A DNA stretch of 64,000 nucleotides from the human T2T-CHM13v2.0 reference genome, Homo sapiens. The notes below the pieces were generated by a model. The model was not told the DNA's origin and made no database searches. It was given only the letters and a program-made list of their open reading frames with translations. Within the stretch, counting starts at the first letter, position 1. Every line of letters begins with the position of its first letter. Shown here piece by piece: positions 25,410 through 37,959 of this stretch. The DNA lies in assembly GCF_009914755.1 (NCBI RefSeq), contig NC_060925.1; one strand, given 5' to 3'. The translations under genes were made by a program, and so were the position numbers.

Positions 25410-27001
25410 ATAATTCCAATATTCGGCAAGAGTGAGTTTTCTTATCATGACTCCATATCTACATTTGTAGAACACATTTTATCAAGTGCTTGGCAGGAGA
25501 TACGAAGTAGCAAGGAGGTAATTATCTTGTATTGCACTGATTTGAGAATTTTTAATAAAAACTCCCCCAAATCCAGTTGCACCAAGACAGATGGAATTGG
25601 TAGTGTGTGCTTCAGATGGAATTGACTCTATAGAGACTGAATTCATTGCAGGAGTCCTCAGCAATCATCCCATTATCTACACTCCTGTGTGATGCTATGT
25701 TCTACCCCTGCCACAGAAGACCCTCAATTAAACAATAGCACACATTCATCTTGGACTATTACAGTCCATCGAGCCCCACAGATTACAGAGAAGAGAGTTA
25801 GCATTACCTACATTTGGATTCCTGAGTGTTTTAGAAATATGAAAAATCCATACTTTAGAAATATGAAAATCCATTTCAATTCAAGAGGATTTATGTTTCC
25901 CTACACAGATATCATACATACTCAGTTTTGGAGAGCTATTTATTACATGTAACTGCTCCAGAGTCAAATAATTAGGCTAGTCTCAGGCCATACCATGGGT
26001 GCCAGCTCCACCCCTAATTTTCTCTGTATCCAGGTCCCCAAACTGGACCTACTATTCCCTCTACCTGATGGATCATCCTTATGTTATTTCCCAGATGTGA
26101 CTATCCAGAGATGTCTAAGGCAGTATCTAAATAGCCTCGCCCCCAGCAGTTGAGATTAGCATTGGTCACCTTACTGAACTGACATCCAGCTGTCCAATAT
26201 TAACTACTACCTCCTCTGTCCTCAGAATCAGGATGATAGTGGTGATAATAAAAATAGCTAACACCTACAGATGGTTTACTTTGTTCTAAGTCCTTTACAC
26301 ATATAAGCACATTTAAGTTTCCCACAGACTTAATAGTTAAGTCTCAGTCATAGTTTCTCCCTGAGAGCCCCCTGCCCTCTTCTCCATGCCCCTGACTCAT
26401 AGTCTTTCCTTGAGAGCCTCTGAGTCATAGTTTCTCCCTGAGAAGCCCCTGACATCCATGCCCCAGGTCCCAGGCTCCTTTGATTCTTTACCAATTGCCA
26501 ATTCTCTTGCTTTTCCTAGATTCTCTTGTAGACTAAAGATCTTCCCCAAATCCCAATTTAAGGGCTATGACCAGTCACCCATGGACAGAACTCCCAGAGA
26601 ATGACCAACTGTCCCCTCAAATCTGCCTGATTTCTATAATTCCTCTGTGCAGTCTTTGCTGGAGCCCAGTTCCCTGTCCTTAGAATTCCAGTGCTCTCTG
26701 CTATGTGAGTCTTGACAGAGGTGGTCTCTCTGTTTGGACACCAAGACTCACAAACCTCAACAAACTCATGTTTGGTGGTTGTAGGTCCATGCTAGGTCTT
26801 TACCTGATGCCTCAGGCAAGAGTCTTGAAAAAAGAATGACAATATGTCAACAACACTATTCAATAATGAGTTCCCTTTGCGACCTCCATAACTAACATGC
26901 ATTAGATATGACTAAGCCAACTCAATTTATACCAATAATGAAGAAAGTGATAGTGCAGTTCCAGCATGGATCTTACAGATTTGATTTTGAAATTTTATGG
27001 C

Positions 27002-27064
27002 AGTTTGGAAATTCTCTAGTTGGGATTTGTCCTGGTTTTAACATTTGCTTGCAATATCAGCCAG
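27002..27064 (+). repeat. 63-bp dispersed direct duplication, copy 2
   Basis: agtttggaaattctctagttgggatttgtcctggttttaacatttgcttgcaatatcagccag, offset 1655 bp from copy 1. Confidence 0.95.
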
Positions 27065-27539
27065 TTAGTCCCTATAGACTTAGTCCTTATGAATCTGATG
27101 TTTAAGAAATTAAGAGAAAAAGAAAGATGGCTGAGAATTCAAGACAGCTCTCTGGGCTTGCCTTTTGTTTATTTTTGTTGCTCTCCAGTATCCTGAGTTC
27201 TAATGATCCCTGATAAATAGCATGCTAGAATATGATAACAGAGCAGACTTTGTTATTACATGGTGCAGTTGTCAGCTGTACAGCCATTACTACTGATGTT
27301 CAGGGATCCATAATAATGAAAGTAGAGATAACATGGATAATTAAAACTTAAAGAGAATTCAATATCATTTTTAAGCCATTTAGTTTCTCCAACACCAAAT
27401 CTTATCTCCTAACTCACAAATGCACAGACTACATTGAGCTGCCCCTCTTCTTTGGACTCATACCCACCCTATGGTTGAGGGGAGATAGGACTGATTTATA
27501 AAATCATCAAAATACAGAAAGTAGCAAAAGAAAAAAAAT

Positions 27540-27810
27540 AGAGAATCCCTGAGTAATCCACAGCCTGATTAATCATGCCTGGGTGACAATGCATGAGAGG
27601 TAATACATCTACATTTTCATGATAGGTTCATCTTAAGGGGCCAAAATAATCCAGGTATCAGCTAATCAATGGCTGGATAATTAAGTGTTGGATGAACTTC
27701 AGTGCGGCTCCAAGAAGAAATCTACCACTAGGGGGGAAATGTCAAATCTAATGTCCTCTAGGCTCCTTTTCATTGTCTAAAGCTTGTCTCAGCTGTGAGT
27801 TTGGATTAGA
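27540..27810. promoter_or_regulatory. Candidate K50-homeodomain (OTX/CRX/PITX-type) enhancer
   Basis: TAATCC at 27554 and 27647, palindrome TGATTAATCA at 27566-27575, GGATTA near 27803. No recognisable repeat. Confidence 0.4.
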
Positions 27811-28904
27811 TCTCTTTGCTCAGACTTCTTATCTGTACATGTGGCCTCATGATCACCATCAGTCACTGCTCCACAGTGAGGGAGATGCTGAATATAATGA
27901 GGGGGAAATGAGCATCAATCCCTGGAGAAGACAAACTCCTTCTCCCCACCCCCATCTCCAGTGAATTTTAGAAAAGACTCATGGATTTCCCAGGTTCCTC
28001 CATTACTTGACAAGCTGCATAGAAGCATCTAGTTGCTCCTCTCTGCAGAAGCATACCTCATACAGCTGGGTTCCTGTGAGTCAGGCTCTTGTGGAGCAGG
28101 AAGTGCAGAACTTCTAGGAATGTCCCTAATACCTGATGCTGATATGGTCTCCAGAAGGAGTAGAGATAGCAAGAACAAGCTTCTTTTTATACAGAATCCT
28201 GCTGGAAGAGATGCCTTACAACTCTGCTCTTGTTCAACTGGTCAAGAGAACAAATTACAAAAAGTTTCTTAGTCACTGACAATAACCAACTGTGGCACTC
28301 TTGGGCAGGGTACAAGGTCCTCCTCCTCAGTGGCTTCTAGAGGATGTTCAACCTCCCTCCTGGGGGAAATGTCAGGCTCTCTCTCATTCATGGATTAGGG
28401 CCCCAAAACCCATTTGGACTGACTTTCCTTCGGATGGCTTCGCGGTAAGTGGGCACTCGTGCATATGGCTTCAGGCCGGGTCTCAGCACAAATGACCATC
28501 CAGCAAAATACTGCTCTGGACCTCTGCACCAGGGCAAGGGAAAGAGGTGAAACTAGTACTGAAGCTAGTTGGTTGCAGATAACAAGGGCCTGCACACCAG
28601 AATCCTGGGGGAATGGAAAGTTAGGGTACCAAACTCCTCCAGCTGAGATTAGAATGTTACCAAATCATCTTCCACAGGATCCCTCCCATGATGATTGGAT
28701 GACTCTAAAAAAACACCAAGTCCAAATTCCAACAAATCATCCACCCATAGGGCTAAATTATGCCCTGTGGCATAATTTAACTAAACAATCCGTCCTTGTT
28801 GGCATCTAGAATTTTTTTTCAAACAGAAGTATCAATTTTTCTTATTTTATTTTGTAACTCTTATTCTTTCTTATGAAAATACAGAACTTTATTAAATGAA
28901 ATAT

Positions 28905-30062
28905 TTTCTTTGGGTTGCCCAAACCAAAATCTTAGAATCTTTCTTGACTTCTCTCTTTCTGTCAACATCCACATCCAATCTATGGGCAAAGTCTACCAAC
29001 TTCATCTTCAGAATATATTCAAGATTTGATCACTCCTCCACTTCTATGGCACGCACCCTGCTCCAAGTAACCAGCATCTCTCATGGAAGCTGGTGTCCCT
29101 GTTTCACTGCCTCATTATAGTCTATATTCTACATAGTGGCCCAAATGATTAGTTTAAATCTCAAGTCAGATGACACCACTGAGGAGAGCAAAGATTACCT
29201 GGTGACCATCAAACAGATCATCTGGAGGCAAAACTTCTTGTCTGAGCAATGTAGAAGGGAACAAAAGACCACCTGGTAGCATGTAGTTCCAGGACTCTTT
29301 CTACTTTTATAAGTAAAATTTCTATACATCTCTGGAATGCCATGCTGAAACTCATTTTAGAATCCTAAGTTCCCACCTTAAGGTCCATAAATACCCCTAA
29401 GGAAAATCCACCACGGCGTGCTGAGTGCTCTCACTGAGGTGCCCTTCTATGCCCTCTTGCAGTGTTCTTCCTTTCTAATAAACTTTCCTTTTTCAAACCT
29501 ACACTGTTGTCAGTAAATTCTTTTTACCAACCCATGAATCAACCACTTCTGAGTGTTGGGGCTCTGACACCTTGCCCGGCAGCCACTCCTCTGCTCAAAA
29601 ACCTTTAGTGTCTTTCTAGCTCATGTGAGGTAAAAGACAAGGACCTCATCATAATCTACAAGACCTTTCATGACCTCATCCTGGCTAACTTTCCAGCCTC
29701 ACCAAGGACTTCTAGCTTAGTCCTCACCAGCCACCTGATTTCCAGCTTCATTCCAGCCTGAGAATTTTGAATTTCCTCTTCCTTCAGCGTGGAATGCTCT
29801 TCTCCTAGATATTCATATAGTTCTCTTTTTTCACTTCATTTTGGTCTCTGTTCAAATGTCCTCTGTCAGAACCTTCCGTAACCATTGAACTCCATGTCCT
29901 CCTTGTCTTGCTTATTTTTCTCTGCAGAACCTGACAATCTCCATGAGAATGTAAACTCAGGAAGTGCAAGGACTTCTTCTGTTTACTGCTGTAACCCCAC
30001 TGGCTAGAACAGTGTCCAACAGGTAGCATTACCCCAAGAAATATTTGTTGCCTGAATGAATA
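28905..30062 (+). mobile_element. L2a element (3' part), split by an ERV1 LTR
   Basis: 'aaaccaaaatcttagaatc...ccacatccaatc...agtcagatgacaccac|tcctctgctcaaaacc...aaatatttgttgcctgaatgaat'. Confidence 0.85.
29180..29581 (+). mobile_element. ERV1 solo LTR (MER83/MER84-like; family uncertain)
   Basis: TGAGGAGAG...CCGGCA ends, with AATAAA near 29477. 5-bp TSD accac/gccac. L2 sequence is continuous across it. Confidence 0.8.
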
Positions 30063-30751
30063 AAATCAGTTACATAAAGCTTCTTGCATATTTGGAAGGT
30101 GACATGAGTAAATAGGTAATTCCAGAGATAGATCTTTTTTAAGGGAGAGCCTGAAGATTTTATCCCTGTATGCCTTCTACACAGCTTAAATTCAGATAAA
30201 GTTCTGGGACCACAGAATAAGAGTATCCAAGTCTTCAAATTTCCTTCTTCTCTTTCCTCTATATGGCCTGTGTGCCAGGCAAACATTGAGCACATCCTTT
30301 CAGAATATTTACCATGAACTGTAAGGGCAATGAGCTCCTCAAGTATTTGGACGTCTGTCTGGGAGGGAGAATTTAAAGGTGTCTTGGTTGTTAAGCCATG
30401 TACTGGCACCATTATCTCTAGCACCAATGCCAGCCAGAAATTTTTGGCAGACATTTGATTTAAAGCTTGCCTGTCCAATTAGTTCAGAATCTTTATTCTA
30501 AAAGCTTACTTTGCCCTACCTACTTCAAAAGATTTTGTGAAGAGCCCATATTTAGTGGTTCTTTACTATGTGGAAGGACCCAGGGTAAGGTTTCTGCCAT
30601 TCCCTTATATCTCCTTGGGCTCACGACAGTTCTCAAATCATGTGCATATTCTCTCCTATGCAAGACAATGCCCTCAGCTACCCTTTAAAGTACCTGGGCT
30701 AAGTATTAGTTGTTCACCCATTTCATCTGATCAATAACCTGTTACAACTAA

Positions 30752-30796
30752 ATATATATATGTGTGTGTGTGTGGGTATATATATATATATATATG
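30752..30796. repeat. (TA)n(TG)n(TA)n compound microsatellite
   Basis: Direct reading. Confidence 0.9.
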
Positions 30797-31909
30797 ATAA
30801 TAAGCCTTAAAATAACTATAAATTACCAGAAACAAAAGCAAATTTTCCTTCTAAGAATTAAATGTGTAACCCCTGTCCTACCAAATAGAAGTGCCTTGTA
30901 TGAGATTATGTAACTGCCTATGTGCTGCTGGAAAAAGGTAACAACCTAGATTGTTGATGTAGAAATTACTCATCAAGCTGTCTTCTACATTATACATACT
31001 CTCACTTTAGTCATTGTGACACATATTTATGTGTTGATATTGTACCTCGATAATAAAAGAACTCAAAGTGCTGATAAAAAGATAAACTATAGAGCAAAAT
31101 AAAATACATGAAATTTGGAGAAATTGGTTAAATAAAAATAAAGTAGGAAAACAACGCATCTTAAAATGAGGTTAATACATAAAATTTATACCCTGGGGTC
31201 ATACATACTAGCAAGTGGCCAAACAAACATTTAATTTCAAGCTTTTTACCAGCCAATGGTGGGACGGAGGGCAGGGTTGGAGAGAAGGAGGGGAAAAAGA
31301 AAAAAGAGAGAGAGAAAGAAAGTGAGGGAGAGAGAAAGAACATCAATTTTGTGGTTTGCATTGTTCATAAGATAAAAATAAATGAGTTGTCTAGAAGTAT
31401 CTAAGTGAGAATACCAAATAATTATCCTAAGTGTCCTTATAGGGAGGACATAGTAATGTAAAGATTAATATACTCAATGGCATCTTCTATTACTGTGGAG
31501 AAGGTACAATGGGATGGAATGGCTCATGGGGCAAAGAGTTTTTACCCTATCTGTAGGAGAAGGAGGCTGCTCCACAGTGCAGTGACCCTCCTTACATATT
31601 TTTGTCTTTAGCTAGGATAAAACAAAAGAAAATAAACTTCCCAAGTCTGACACTGGAATAAAAAAGTACTTTTCACTAATATGGCCCTTTGTTCATAAAG
31701 TCAAGTTACAAATGGGCTTGGTGTAGGATCTAGGATCGTGCTGAGGATCCTTTGTATTAAACCAAAGCGGGAGATGTGTTAGTCAATTATTGACTAGGAA
31801 AGCCTCATAGCGCAGGTTAAATAAATGAGTTATCCGAGGTGCTGGAGTCTATCAGTACAGGAAGAAAATGTAATTTTCATGCCAATGTACTTCGGTTCAG
31901 TTTAAAAGA

Positions 31910-33140
31910 CATTTATTTGGAATCTAATAGGTGTTAGATACTGTTAAGCTAATGCTATGATGATTAATAAAACCCTGTCCCTGCTATCAAGTAGGTCATA
32001 ATCAGAGGAGACAGAGAGGCAGACCCGGTAATCCTAATCCACAACCATATCATCCTTTAAGGACACTCTGCCAGAAAAGTGAAGGGGCCTGCAACTCAGC
32101 CCAAATGGATAAGAAATGACAACCAGAAGGGAAGATTTGTGAACTGAATCTTGAAGAACACTTCCCCCACCACCCGCCCCCAGTCCACAAGGGATAACCA
32201 GAGTATGTGAAAAGTGTATAGGCATTGTGTGCACACATACACACACGTGCTATGTGTTTGTGGTGGGGGAGAAAAAGTGTTGCAAACTTAGGAAATAGCA
32301 TATGCAAAAGCTAGGAAGCATGAAACTGTAGGAAACTTGGCATGTTACTGAAACTTAATGTTAGAGGCAGGGAGTCACAGGAGATTCTTCTGGAGAAGAA
32401 CCCAGAAGCCAGGTTATGATAGGAACTTGGGCTTTTTGTAAGCAATGAGGAATTACTAAAGTGGTTTAAGTTGAGGAGTGACATGGTCATAGTTACAGTC
32501 TATGTCAACCTTGCAGTGCAGTAGAGGAAGGGCTGAGGTTGGCAGCCAGGATGCGGTGCAAGGATTGCGGGGAGAGTGAAGACCTGGAGAACTGGCTAGG
32601 CTGTTGTAATGTCTGTCAGAAAGGATGGGGCCTCAGCCTGCTGCGGTGTCTCACACCTGTAATCCCAGCACTTTGGGAGGCCAAGATAGGAGGATCACTT
32701 GAGGCCAGGGGTTTGAGACCAGTCTGAGCAACACAGTGAGACCCCATCTTTACAAAAAATAAAAAATTAGCCAGGCGCAGTGGCATGTATCTGTAATTCC
32801 AGCTACTCAGGAGGCTGAAGCAGGAGGATCACTTGAGCCCAGGAGTTTGAGGCTGCAGTGAGCTATGATTGCACTATTGCACTCCAGCCTGGGTGACAGA
32901 GCAACATCCTATCTCTAAAACCATATATAAGAAATGCACATATATAATATGTAAAAGCAAGTATTGAGCCTAAAATAGGATAATGACAACTGGAAAGAGG
33001 GGCAAGTGATAGTTTTGAGAATCACTAGAGAAACGTTAATAGAATTTTATAATCTATTGGGTGAGAGGTGAAGGAAACAATGATGTTTCTCTCATTTCTC
33101 ATGAGCGATGATGCACTGAGGGAACCCAGAAGGAGAAGCA
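31910..33140 (-). mobile_element. L2 relic (antisense), interrupted by AluJ
   Basis: 'catttattt...ccctgtccctgctatcaagtaggtcataatc...tgaactgaatcttgaaga...ggaaatagcatatgcaaaag...tttaagttgaggagtgacatggtca'. Confidence 0.7.
32636..32920 (+). mobile_element. AluJ element
   Basis: 'cacacctgtaatcccagcactttgggaggcc...ggaggatcacttgagcccaggagtttgaggctgcagtgagctatgatt'. Confidence 0.95.
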
Positions 33141-33289
33141 TGTCTATATTCCTGGCCTGCACCTCTTTTCAGATAATGTTGGTCCCTCACACCCAATTCC
33201 ATAATCACTCCTGATATCCTGGAGTTATGCTCCATGCTCCTCTCAGTTGTAAGAGGACTTATGTGACATCTTATCAGCCTCTGATGAGA

Positions 33290-33546
33290 AGGCAGTGCTA
33301 CTGAGTGGGAAGTGTTTGGAAAGGAATCAGGAGTTTTTGGCTTTTAAACCATCACTGGGCCACAGTGGTATTTGTCTCCATGAGTCACCAACGCCCTGTG
33401 CCTCAGTTTCTTCATATACACAGTGGAGATTTCCATGGCCTGTTCATCCACCTCATAGTCAATGTGAGAACCAGACACGGTGCTTTGTTGGACAATGCCT
33501 TTAAAATATGTATACTATGCAAAGACAAGACGCTGTTATTATTATA
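33290..33546 (+). mobile_element. MIR relic
   Basis: 'ctgtgcctcagtttcttcatatacacagtggaga...cctcatag...ctatgcaaagacaagacgctgttattatta'. Confidence 0.65.
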
Positions 33547-33699
33547 GGAAGGGAAAACAAAATAAAGGATGGTTTGTTTGAAGGATCTAGGAAAAAGAAA
33601 AATCTAGAAATGCAAGGGTGGTTCTGCAGAGCCTAGAGAACTTTTAATTATTTTCCTTCCTCTTTTCATTTTCTTTTCAGTAGGCAATGAAAATCACAT

Positions 33700-34400
33700 A
33701 GAAATATGACCACAGAAATGATGCCAAATTCAATACTCATAATATCTATTCAATATTCAGCAATACACAGGCGATATCACAGATGGTTGTGGGATGTGAT
33801 GGTCTCTTTCCAATAGTTCCAAAGGGGAAAACAAAATGTTATAAGACAACAACCAGTCATTTGATGCATCCTGATTGTTTAAGTGATATGAAAGTCAGCA
33901 ATCATGTGCAAATTAAAACATAATTATGCACACAGACCACCCAGGATTAAGTAACATTTCACAGATGCATGGTAAATTACTAAACACCCTCTGAAATAAA
34001 TTGTGATCATGATTTTCTATTTCCTCAAGAACATTATTACTTTAAAAAGTCAAAGTACAGAAATGTGTATTGCCTAATATGTTAATAGTATGCATGTGAT
34101 GAGAGATTGTTACTACAAATTAGGGGGTGTGTTAGCTGCTAAGTATTTATGTTACCCCACAGGGTCAGTAAACAATTTATGAAAATGTGCATCAACAGAC
34201 ACATTGTCCAACAGCACGCCATTCCTCCCTTGGCAATGCAGGCTGTTTAGCTCTGAGGTAGCTGGTCTCAGTTTATTGCAGATCTAATCAGTGTCACCTT
34301 CTCATAACCCCCAGCTGCAATCAAGAATACGTTTCTCTATCCTTGATGTGAGCTATATTATACCGCAGTCTAACCAGATTATGGCTGTGGGCAGAAAGGC
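33700..34400. promoter_or_regulatory. Candidate developmental enhancer (POU/homeodomain/bHLH/SOX motifs)
   Basis: About 700 bp without recognisable repeats. CAGATG at 33780 and 33962, GTGCAAATTA and TAATTATGCA at 33906-33930, GGATTA 33944, AACAAT near 34171, CATTGT 34202. Confidence 0.45.
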
Positions 34401-35129
34401 CACAGACGTGGTGGTATTGGAAGTTGGATCCAACAGTTGGAAGATGAAGAAAAACTGAACTGTGTGAGGACATATGTTATAAAGTAGACCAGTGGTTAAT
34501 TCCTCATTGTCACCATTCCTCAGCAGCCCTCATCCAATTCCACAAAGCTGGACAACTCCAAGGGAAAGGTGACAATGTCCTGGGCCATTTTGTGAATTGT
34601 GGCACTGAGGATCTGTGTCTTCTTTTCTATGCAACCAGGCTAGGCAACTCCCCATCAATTCTGTCTTCCTTCTCCTGGCATGGGGCCAGGCACACAGTAA
34701 ATACTCGATGCATGTTTGCTAAATACAGGAAATCTTAAAACAGGTAGAATCCATTTTCTGGTCTTGAAGTGCTGTGGCATGCTGGGAGTTCCTACTGGAA
34801 TCCAAGCCTTCATTGAGTAAGTCACACATCTTCTTTCTGTGTCAGATGCCCTGTTTATTTACAGAGGAGGGAAAGAGTGTGTGAAAACTGTTCTTTCTCT
34901 CACTTCATCTTTGTGAATAAACTTTAATTTTTTTTACATGATTTAAGCTTTTTCCTTCTTTCAGAGTCTTGGGAATGAGCCATTAGTCAATGATGAAATG
35001 AACAAATTAGCAAGTATTTATTGAGTGCTAACTGGGTGTAGAGCTCTGAGTTAAGTATAACTGAATTTTTTATTACAATTTTAGCTGAGAAGATTAAAGA
35101 GATACAAATGAAGTAATTTGAAAACAATA

Positions 35130-35960
35130 ATAAAATGACACATTTTTAAATGACCTCAAAATATCTGTATAATTTACATACTGCTTACTTTCAAAACTAT
35201 TTTAATCAACATACAATAAAACACATATATACATTAAACAATTAAAATAAAAACAACAGGATGAGACCAAGAAAATGAAGCAGAAGGACAGTTATGCTCC
35301 AAATTTAGGGATATATAGTTGATGCCACCAGCATGAAGATAGGCTTCAAGATTCCCGGCAGCCATGGTGAAACAGAAAAGGGAGCATTCTGAGGTCTAGG
35401 ATCTTTGTGATTACTTAAGAGGAAGCATTCTGTTTTGCCAAGAGAAGCAAACATTTTCTTGATATTAAATTCTAAGAGGAATTTATAATGTGGATCTTTG
35501 TATCAGGAACATTGAACGACATAATGGACAATATCTTCCACAACAGTTTTTAAAGAAAATGTGAAAATGTTCTTCATGTGGCTGATTCTTAAAATGGCCT
35601 TCCATAAAAGTCATGGGCGTGATAACCAACACGACTCAGTGAAGATATTTCTGCAGGGAATGAAGTTAATATGGTCCAGGAATATAGTTTTTTGAAGAGC
35701 CAACAAGAGTCAGGGAGAGAATTTAATTAACTTTAAGCAATAAATGATTGTCATATACCTTGATCTAACTTAAAATGTATCCATTATCTCAACTAAGCTT
35801 TTGTCTGAAACTAAAAAGCAGTTGCTTTAATACTGAATACTGTCAAATACTAGAATGTTGAGTGAAGACAGAGGCATATGCTTTAGATATAAGCCCTGCA
35901 TATAAGACAAAGCCGGTATTTTTTACAAAAGTCAGGAAATCTGATAATTTTTCTTGCCTG
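35130..35960 (-). mobile_element. L4 (RTE-X) LINE relic
   Basis: 'agcaaacattttcttgatattaaattctaagaggaattt...cataatggacaatatcttc...ttcatgtggctgattctt...actcagtgaagatatttct' matches the remembered antisense L4_Mam sequence. Confidence 0.7.
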
Positions 35961-36586
35961 GACTAAGGGCCACAAGAAAGGATTTAGACAAAGATAATTT
36001 TTTCCTAATGCTCAGGTGCCAAGGCAAGGAGGTAAGTTTGGGGTAGTATATTAAAGGGTGAATGTGTTTGGGGCAGGGAGGTAAAATAAAGATATTCTAG
36101 TTGCACGCATTTATATCAGAGTGTCTCCCCACACTTTCTTCCTTATCCTTCTACTTAGATCTCTACAAACTTCCCATCCTATGGCCACTAAAAGGGCTCC
36201 CATCTGACTCAGGTAGTCACTCTGAAAATGTTACTCAGGATCTAACACCAATTTTGCATCTGTATTTGACTGCATTGACTGGGTCACTTTTTACTGGAAG
36301 CTAACCACATAAATAGTGATGGCATTATGTGTGGGCAGAGCACCAAGCTTCCAGGATGACATAGTCTGCCAGTAGAGCAGGAGCAGTGCCAGGTAGAATT
36401 CTTGCTGAAAATTACTTTCCCAATGGAAAAGCTTCATAAAGCTTCCAGCTTTACCATTAGAGACTCCCTCTTGTAGGCTTCTTACCCTTAAGACGTTGCT
36501 GTTAAAATACTCAGTAGAGAAAGGAGAACTTTAATCCTCTACTGATTAACTTGCAGAACCAGAAGGGCCTTAGACATTATCTGATC

Positions 36587-36850
36587 CAGAGATCATAGGC
36601 TGACCACCTACAGGCCAAATTGGGCCTGCAGCTGTGTTTGCCTGGCTTGAAGAGTCATTTAGAAGTTCTGGCAACACTAGGCTGGTCTACCTTACGGCAG
36701 CAATCAGTCAATGGACTAGTCCCTGCTCCTTAGTCATGACAGGCAGGGTTTCTCCATTCTGCCCAAGGTTCCACCACTCCTTACTGTCTTCTGCCAGGTC
36801 CACTGGAATTTTACATGACCTGCTTCATTCTGTGGCCATTTGAGTTTTAA
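36587..36850. mobile_element. MER102-like hAT-Charlie element
   Basis: 'cctacaggccaaattgggcctgcagctgtgtttg...ctggcaacactaggct...ggttccaccactcc...ttacatgacctg...ggccatttgagttt'. Confidence 0.7.
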
Positions 36851-37959
36851 TTCCTCTTGATCCAATACTCACATTTTGGGATCCAATACGTCCCAAAGAG
36901 GGAAAGAGACTTGCTCAAGGTACCACATCTGGTTAGTGGCTGAGCCAGGAGCTGACCCCATCTTTCCAGGCTCCCAGCTGCCCTCGGCAGGCAGGATGGG
37001 GCAGGCACCAGCAGAGGCCAGCCCTGAAATAGGACAGAGGAGTTCGGAGAGCACCACAGACAAGCTTCACACCATTCACACAATTTTGCCCCAGGCAGGC
37101 TCTGCCTGCAATAATATTTTACAGCATCCTCCAGAAAAATCAATTGTTTAAAACAGCAACTGATTTCGCCCTGGGTGAAAATATTTGGCATATGCAAAAA
37201 AAAGGAGCATCGTGTTTTCTTGAAAGCTCTTTCTAACCCATGAACAAGCAGGATTGTTCACCACATGCACAAAAAATGGTTCAAGTGTATTTTCTTGGGG
37301 GAGGAACAGATTTAAAATTTAGGAAGGTGGAGTTTTATTTAATTCTTTAAGAGCCTTTCTTTCCTCCACATGCCTTTCTTTGTTATAGTATTTGAAAATA
37401 CGCTTGTTACTATTCGGTGCAAAAAAAAAAAAAACCTCATTGTCTCAGGTGTCTCAGGCTGCCTTTTAAGAGAAAGAAGCAAAGTAAAGGGAAGAGGGGA
37501 AGCTGGAGGAAATGGTTCTGCCTAGATGAAGAAATCACAGGCAGAACATTTCCAAGCTACCAAGCACGGGAAGGAGATAACAAGTAGTGTGTGAAATGCC
37601 AATTATGATGGTAACAATAATGAAAATAGTCTTAACAGCAATCCCACTGTGCTTTGGAAAGCCTGGAGTCCTCAGCAGACTTGAGCTTCTTTAGCTCTCA
37701 GGCATTCTTGACAGTGGGGCCTTCCTCACCTGGAAGCTGTGTGAATTTAGGGGTGTGGGTCAACAATAAGAAGACCCAAAATAACCCCAAAAGGAAGATG
37801 ACCCCATCAGTTTCTTCTTTCAATTAATTGGCATGGTTTCTTCTCCAAAGCAGAAGCCCTGTTTTCCCAGCCTTTCCCACTTCAATCCTCACAGACTCCC
37901 TTCTCAACTGTGTTCAAGTGCAGGTGGCAGGAGCTTTGGCTCACCTTATTTCCCCATTA

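Noticed and set aside
25400-27200. Possible processed pseudogene or internal element between the 63-bp repeats
   Set aside because: No recognisable peptide in any listed ORF, no poly-A or TSD, and the repeats lack TG...CA LTR ends.
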